Below are positions 59,052-64,000 of a stretch of 64,000 nucleotides of DNA, piece after piece. Location: contig JAKANY010000005.1 of the NCBI GenBank assembly GCA_021823525.1, forward strand, positions 861 through 64,860, given 5' to 3'. Below the pieces are notes generated by a model. It did no database searches and was not told where the DNA came from. It saw only the letters and a list, made by a program, of their open reading frames with translations. Each line of letters starts with the position of its first letter. Positions within the stretch are counted from its first letter, which is position 1. This DNA is from Actinomycetes bacterium. Its GTDB lineage: Bacteria > Actinomycetota > Acidimicrobiia > Acidimicrobiales > RAAP-2. The position numbers were made by a program, and so were the translations under genes.

Positions 59052-59710
59052 CACGAGTCCTCGAGGACACCGTAGGCGAGCACGCCAACCGCCAGGTACG
59101 CAGCCAAGGCCACCAGCGTAATGACCCACCAGCGGGCCTCCGCCTGGCGGCTGAGAGCCGCTGAGAAGGCCCGCTCGCCGGCGATCAGCAGGGGCGCGAA
59201 GGCCGGCAGGGCGAGCACCGGCAGCAGGGTGGAGGCGACCGGCCCCTCGCCGACGATCGCCCCGTAGAGGGTGCCCGCCGCGGCCAGCGTCGCCAGCGTC
59301 ACGACGACGCTCGGCAGGGCGACCAGGGCGCCCGCGAGGGCCACGTGGAGCATCACGACCGCGAGCGCCTCGAGCACCAGGCCCATCGTGACCAGCTCGA
59401 GCGCCAGGGCCGCCGACTTGCCGAGGAACACCCCGGCCGGGTCCAGCCCGAGCGTGGCGACCGAGGCCCGGGTGCCCGCGGCGCGCTCGAGGGACTGGCT
59501 GCGCCCGACGGCGAGCAGGGTCACGAGCAGGAGCACCAGGTAGAAGAGCCCCGGGGCGGCACCCGAGTGGCCCGCGCGCGCCGGGCCGAGCGCCAGGCCC
59601 GCGAGCACCAGGGCCATCACCCCGAAGGGCAGCACCTGGGAGGCGAGCACCCGGCTGCGCGCCTCGATGCGCAGGTCCTTACCCGCGACCAGCAGCGCGA
59701 CGCGGATCAC
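59051..59710 (-). CDS. ccmB: Heme exporter protein CcmB
   Basis: KDLRIEARSR, FLGKS, LLPVLALP; six TM helices. Confidence 0.9.
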   Translation of the reverse strand: MIRVALLVAGKDLRIEARSRVLASQVLPFGVMALVLAGLALGPARAGHSGAAPGLFYLVLLLVTLLAVGRSQSLERAAGTRASVATLGLDPAGVFLGKSAALALELVTMGLVLEALAVVMLHVALAGALVALPSVVVTLATLAAAGTLYGAIVGEGPVASTLLPVLALPAFAPLLIAGERAFSAALSRQAEARWWVITLVALAAYLAVGVLAYGVLEDS

Positions 59711-60363
59711 CCGACCACCCGCCCGCCAGCGAGACGCACCTCGCGGTCCCCGTCGAAGGCGAGCGCCTCGTGGGCACTCGCCACGATCGTGACCCCGGCC
59801 GCGCGCGCCTCGACCAGGAGCTCTCCCACGAGCTCGCGGCCCTCGTCGTCGAGGGCCGCGTAGGGCTCGTCGAGCAGCCACAGCTCGGCCCGGCGCACCA
59901 GCAGCCAGGCGACCCCGAGGCGCCGACGCTGGCCGGCCGAGAGGCGGCGCGCCGCGGTGGCGGCGCGCGCCGTCAGCCCCACGCGCGCCAGGGCCGGGCC
60001 GACCGCCGCGCCGGGGCGGCCCAGGGCCCGCGCGGCGAAGCGCAGGTTCTCCTCGGCGGTCAGGTCGTCGTAGAAGGAGCCCTCGTGGCCGACCCAGCCC
60101 ACCTTCCGGCGCAGGAGCCGCCGGTCCCCGTGGGCCAGGTCGACGCCCGCGACGACCCCCCGACCGCCGCTCAGCGGCTCGAGCCCGCCGAGCAGGCGCA
60201 GCAGGCTGGTCTTGCCCGCGCCGTTGGGCCCGCGCAGGATGGTGAGGGTCCCGGGAGCGAGCTCCAGGGTCACGCCCGCGAGCAGGGGGAACCCGCCGTG
60301 CGCCACGACCGCGCCCTCGAGCGCGACGACGGGTCCCGTCGGCGCCGGTCCGGCGAGGCTCAC
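59707..60363 (-). CDS. ccmA: Heme ABC exporter ATPase CcmA
   Basis: [22 protein letters not shown]. Confidence 0.92.
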   Translation of the reverse strand: MSLAGPAPTGPVVALEGAVVAHGGFPLLAGVTLELAPGTLTILRGPNGAGKTSLLRLLGGLEPLSGGRGVVAGVDLAHGDRRLLRRKVGWVGHEGSFYDDLTAEENLRFAARALGRPGAAVGPALARVGLTARAATAARRLSAGQRRRLGVAWLLVRRAELWLLDEPYAALDDEGRELVGELLVEARAAGVTIVASAHEALAFDGDREVRLAGGRVVG

Positions 60364-61322
60364 CCGACGAGGGCCGCCCGGTCGGCCGCGACCATCATCT
60401 CGATGAGCCCGTAGAAGTCGACCTGGGCGCGCCAGGAGAGTTCGCGCGCGGCGCGGCTGGCGTCGCCCACCAGCAGGTCCACCTCGGCGGGGCGCAGCAG
60501 GGCCGGGTCCACCACGACGTGGTCCTCCCAGTTGAGGCCCAGGGTCCCGAAGGCCACCTCGCACAGCTCGCGCACGCTGTGGGTCTGTCCCGTGGCGATG
60601 ACGTAGTCGGTGGGCTCGTCGCGCGCCAGCATCGCGACCATGGCCTCGACGTAGTCACCCGCGTAGCCCCAGTCGCGCCGGGCCTCCAGGTTGCCCAGGC
60701 GCAGCTCGCGCTGGAGGCCCGCGGCGATTCGCGCGGCCCCGTGGGTGACCTTGCGCGTGACGAACTCGAGGCCCCGGCGCGGCGACTCGTGGTTGAAGAG
60801 GATCCCGCTGGTGGCGAAGAGCCCGTAGCTCTCGCGGTAGTTGACGGTGATCCAGTGGCCGTAGACCTTGGCCACGCCGTAGGGGCTGCGCGGGTAGAAG
60901 GGCGTCGTCTCGTCCTGGGGCACCTGGCGCACCCGCCCGAACATCTCCGAGGAGCTGGCCTGGTAGAAGCGGATCTCGGGGTCGACGATGCGGATCGCGT
61001 CGAGCAGGCGCGTCACCCCGAGCGCCGTCGTCTCGCCCGTCAGGACCGGCTGGGACCACGAGACCTGGACGAAGCTCTGGGCGGCCAGGTTGTAGACCTC
61101 GGCGGGGCGGAACTCGCGCAGCAGGTTGATCAGGGACACCTCGTCGGTCAGGTCGCCCGAGACCAGCGTGAGCCGGTCCTGGATGTGGCCGATGCGCTCG
61201 ATCGACGTCGTCGAGGTGCGCCGCAGCAGGCCGATGACCCGGTAGCCGCGGCTGAGGAGCAGCTCGGCGAGGTAGGAGCCGTCCTGCCCGGTGATCCCCG
61301 TGATGAGCGCCGTGGGACCCAT
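60360..61322 (-). CDS. gmd: GDP-mannose 4,6-dehydratase
   Basis: [42 protein letters not shown]. Confidence 0.96.
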   Translation of the reverse strand: MGPTALITGITGQDGSYLAELLLSRGYRVIGLLRRTSTTSIERIGHIQDRLTLVSGDLTDEVSLINLLREFRPAEVYNLAAQSFVQVSWSQPVLTGETTALGVTRLLDAIRIVDPEIRFYQASSSEMFGRVRQVPQDETTPFYPRSPYGVAKVYGHWITVNYRESYGLFATSGILFNHESPRRGLEFVTRKVTHGAARIAAGLQRELRLGNLEARRDWGYAGDYVEAMVAMLARDEPTDYVIATGQTHSVRELCEVAFGTLGLNWEDHVVVDPALLRPAEVDLLVGDASRAARELSWRAQVDFYGLIEMMVAADRAALVG

Positions 61323-61394
61323 ACCCCTCCGCTGACTGGCTGACGGGCCAGTCTACCGACGGTCCGTCGCGGCGGCCGCCCTAGTCTCGGGACG

Positions 61395-62411
61395 ATGCGC
61401 GCGGCCCTGGTGAGCTTTCGCCTCGGGGGGACCGACGGCGTCTCGGTGGAGGCGGCCAAGTGGGCGGGCGCCCTCGCGCGCCTCGGTCACGACGTGCGCA
61501 CCCTCGCGGGCGAAGGAGACGCCGACGTCGTGCTCGCGGGCCTGGCCGCGAACGCGCCGCGCGGCCCCGACCGCGAGGCCCTCGCCGGGGCGCTCGCCGA
61601 CTGCGCGCTCGTCGTCGTGGAGAACCTGGCCTCCCTGCCGCTCAACCCGGCCGCGCGCGACGCGCTCGAGGAGGTCCTCGCGGGGCGCCCGGCGATCTTC
61701 CACCACCACGACCTGCCCTGGCAGCGCGCGGCCCTGGCCCACCTACGGGGCCCGCGGACCGGACCGGGCTGGGTGCACGTGACCATCAACGAGCGCTCGG
61801 AGCGCGAGCTGGCCGCGCGCGGGGTGGCGGCCACCACGCTCTACAACCACTTCGACTGCGACCCGCCGCGCGGGCAGCGCTCCGCCACGCGCGCGGCCCT
61901 CGAGGTCGGCGACGAGCCCCTGGTGCTCTTCCCCTCGCGGGTGGTTCCACGCAAGAACGTGGCGGCGGCCCTGGCCCTGGCCGAGGACCTGGCCGCGACG
62001 CTCTGGCTGCTCGGGCCCGCCGAGGACGGCTACGGCGACGAGCTGGCACGCCTGGTCGCGGCGAGCCCCGCGCGCGTCGAGCGCGGGCCGGTGGGATCGA
62101 TCGCCGACGCCTACGCGGCCTGCGACCTCGTGGTCGTCCCCTCGACTTGGGAGGGCTTCGGCAACCCGGTCGTCGAGTCGATCACCCACGGGCGCCCGCT
62201 CGCCGTGGCGCCCTACCCGGTGCTGGCCGAGCTCCGGGCCCTGGGCCTCGACCTGATCGACCTCGAGGACCGCGCCGCGATCCGGAGCGCCCTGCGCGAG
62301 GGCGACGAGGAGCGCCTGGCTGCGAACCTGGCCGTCGTGCGGCGCACGCTGAACCTCGCCGACCTGCCCGCACGGCTCGCGCCACTGGTAGCCGCCACCG
62401 GTGCTCGGTAG
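61395..62411 (+). CDS. Glycosyltransferase family 4
   Basis: DGVSVE, RVVPRKN, PSTWEGFGNPVVE. Confidence 0.88.
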   Translation: MRAALVSFRLGGTDGVSVEAAKWAGALARLGHDVRTLAGEGDADVVLAGLAANAPRGPDREALAGALADCALVVVENLASLPLNPAARDALEEVLAGRPAIFHHHDLPWQRAALAHLRGPRTGPGWVHVTINERSERELAARGVAATTLYNHFDCDPPRGQRSATRAALEVGDEPLVLFPSRVVPRKNVAAALALAEDLAATLWLLGPAEDGYGDELARLVAASPARVERGPVGSIADAYAACDLVVVPSTWEGFGNPVVESITHGRPLAVAPYPVLAELRALGLDLIDLEDRAAIRSALREGDEERLAANLAVVRRTLNLADLPARLAPLVAATGAR

Positions 62412-62420
62412 GCTGGGAGG

Positions 62421-63032
62421 ATGCTCGCCGATCGCGACCGCTCCAAGGTCGCCGGACGGCGCGCGCACCTGCTCGGGGTGGCCCGCACCATCTTCGCCGA
62501 GCGCGGGTACCAGGCCACGACCATGGACGACGTGGCGCGCGCCGCCGGCTTCACCAAGCCGATCCTCTACCAGTACTTCGACTCCAAGGCCGCCCTCTAC
62601 CGCGAGATCGTCGCCGACGTGGCCGAGCGCCTGCTCGCGCGCATGGCCGAGGCCGTCGCGACCTCCGAGAGCCCCCGCGAGCGCCTGGAGCTGGCCTTGC
62701 GGGCCTACTTCGTGACCGTCGTCGAGGAGACCGACGCCTTCCGGATCCTCTTCATCCACCACCACGACGGCGACACGGTGCGCGTGCTGCGCCGCCTCGA
62801 GAGGGGCCTCGTCTCCTTCCTCGAGCCCTACATCAACGCCGAGATCAGCGACGAGCACCGCCGCCAGGTGGCCGGCGGGGTCGTGGGCATGGCCGAAGGC
62901 GTGGCGACAACCTGGCTCGTCGAGCAGGAGGGCCGCGGCCGCCCGGCGCCCGCCCCAGGCGAGGCCGACCGCCTGGCCGCCCGCGCGGCGACGCTCGCCT
63001 GGAGCGGCCTGCGCGCCGTTCACGAGGAGTAG
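62421..63032 (+). CDS. TetR/AcrR family regulator
   Basis: A...FAERGY..TTMDDVA..AG.TKPILYQYF.SK. Confidence 0.93.
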   Translation: MLADRDRSKVAGRRAHLLGVARTIFAERGYQATTMDDVARAAGFTKPILYQYFDSKAALYREIVADVAERLLARMAEAVATSESPRERLELALRAYFVTVVEETDAFRILFIHHHDGDTVRVLRRLERGLVSFLEPYINAEISDEHRRQVAGGVVGMAEGVATTWLVEQEGRGRPAPAPGEADRLAARAATLAWSGLRAVHEE

Positions 63033-63033
63033 C

Positions 63034-63531
63034 TCAGCGACCCCAGAGCTCGACGAGCTCGTGGGCGATGCCCCAGAGCTGCTGAGCCACCGTGCGATAG
63101 GTTTCGGCATCGCCGCCCGCCGGGTCGAGGATGTCGTAGGCCTCCAGGGGCTCGAGCGTGTCGAGGCCGGTAGTGACCTCCTCCCAGGTCCCGGGTCGCG
63201 CGAGCAACTGGGCCAGCGAGACCGTCCGGGGAGCCGCCGAGGGAAACCGTTGGCGCATGACGCGAACCTGGGAGGCTTCGACGGCGAGGACGAGGTCGGC
63301 TCCCGCGACGAGCGCCGCATCGAGGGAGCGACTGCGATGCCCGCTCAAGTCCCGTGGCGGGCGCCCCGTTACGGCGACGTAGGCATCGAGGGTCCGACCA
63401 CTGACCGTCGCCCCGGGTGACGCGTGCGTTCCCGCGCTTGCGACGTCCAGGTCACCGTCGAGGAGTTGGACCATGGCAGCGAGCATCGGCGAACGGGCCA
63501 CGTTGCCGGTGCACACGACCAGCCATCGCAC
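63034..63531 (-). CDS. Low-molecular-weight phosphatase / ArsC-like protein
   Basis: VCTGNVARS P-loop, SAGT, H.SR.L, DILDPAGG; start uncertain. Confidence 0.82.
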   Translation of the reverse strand: MRWLVVCTGNVARSPMLAAMVQLLDGDLDVASAGTHASPGATVSGRTLDAYVAVTGRPPRDLSGHRSRSLDAALVAGADLVLAVEASQVRVMRQRFPSAAPRTVSLAQLLARPGTWEEVTTGLDTLEPLEAYDILDPAGGDAETYRTVAQQLWGIAHELVELWGR

Positions 63532-63545
63532 GCGAGACGTCCCGA

Positions 63546-64000
63546 CTACGGCGCTGCGTGCCACCCCCGCGGGCAGCGCGACCCTGGCGTACCGTAGTGA
63601 CGACGGTGCGCGCCGCGCAGGCACGTCAGCCCGGGGGCCGGAGCGAACGCCTCCGCCGAGGCCGGAGCGTTCGACCCGTACTGCGAGATCACCTCGACGC
63701 CGTAGGGGACGAAGAGCGAGAGGCCGCTGAACGTGCACGACGAGGTAGCGGTGTTCTGGGTAAAGCCCGTCGGGTCGTGAAACCCCAGGAGAAGCACGCA
63801 GCGATACGGAGCGCCCCCTCCGGTCCACGACAGCGTGAGCGTCGACCCGATGCGTTGCGCGGTCACGTTCTCGGGCCGGCGCACCCCAAAGCTGCTGAGC
63901 GGCACCGCGACGATGTTTTCCCCGTCGTAGTTGCCCACGTAGAGCGTGTCGCCGACGACGGCCAGCGGCTGGGGGCCTTCGACCGCGGGCGTCGTCGCAT
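63546..64000 (-). CDS. C-terminal part of a probable secreted protein (propeller repeat + FN3-like domain); 5' end outside the window
   Basis: Frame is open to the window edge: ...GPQPLAVVGDTLYVGNY, PENVTA..IGSTLTLSW, Y.V.V, then the tail LTCLRG...SRCPRGW. Confidence 0.6.
   Translation of the reverse strand, partial: ATTPAVEGPQPLAVVGDTLYVGNYDGENIVAVPLSSFGVRRPENVTAQRIGSTLTLSWTGGGAPYRCVLLLGFHDPTGFTQNTATSSCTFSGLSLFVPYGVEVISQYGSNAPASAEAFAPAPGLTCLRGAHRRHYGTPGSRCPRGWHAAP

Overview
Very GC-rich, gene-dense bacterial DNA from an actinobacterium. WhiB, PdtaS, DUF3107 and the MSMEG_4193/DUF3090/SCO1664 cluster support the phylum; class Acidimicrobiia is a plausible inference. The window is mostly housekeeping and core genes: lysA, argS, acnA, transporters, a DEAD-box helicase, ETF, whiB-pdtaS, a dGTPase, Mrp, a complete ccmABCDEFGHI cluster and gmd. 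There are also three small toxin-antitoxin modules, two of which look disarmed. The stand-out is a minus-strand operon at 10684-17669. It encodes four tandem cupredoxin-fold proteins sharing an unusual H-x39-C-x3-C-x(4/10)-M-x5-M site (CuA-like but without the second His). These are followed by a Tat-exported Fe-S protein with a [3Fe-4S] signature, an ActC-like NrfD quinol-site membrane protein, an Ig-like anchored protein, and a DoxX-like membrane protein with an apparently eroded SCO-like tail. The operon has no molybdopterin subunit and no c-type cytochrome, and a two-component system is transcribed divergently from it. It looks like a copper-protein version of alternative complex III. All product calls come from motif recognition by eye; no database searches were run. 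Many start codons were re-picked from the ORF track using RBS, -10 or overlap evidence.
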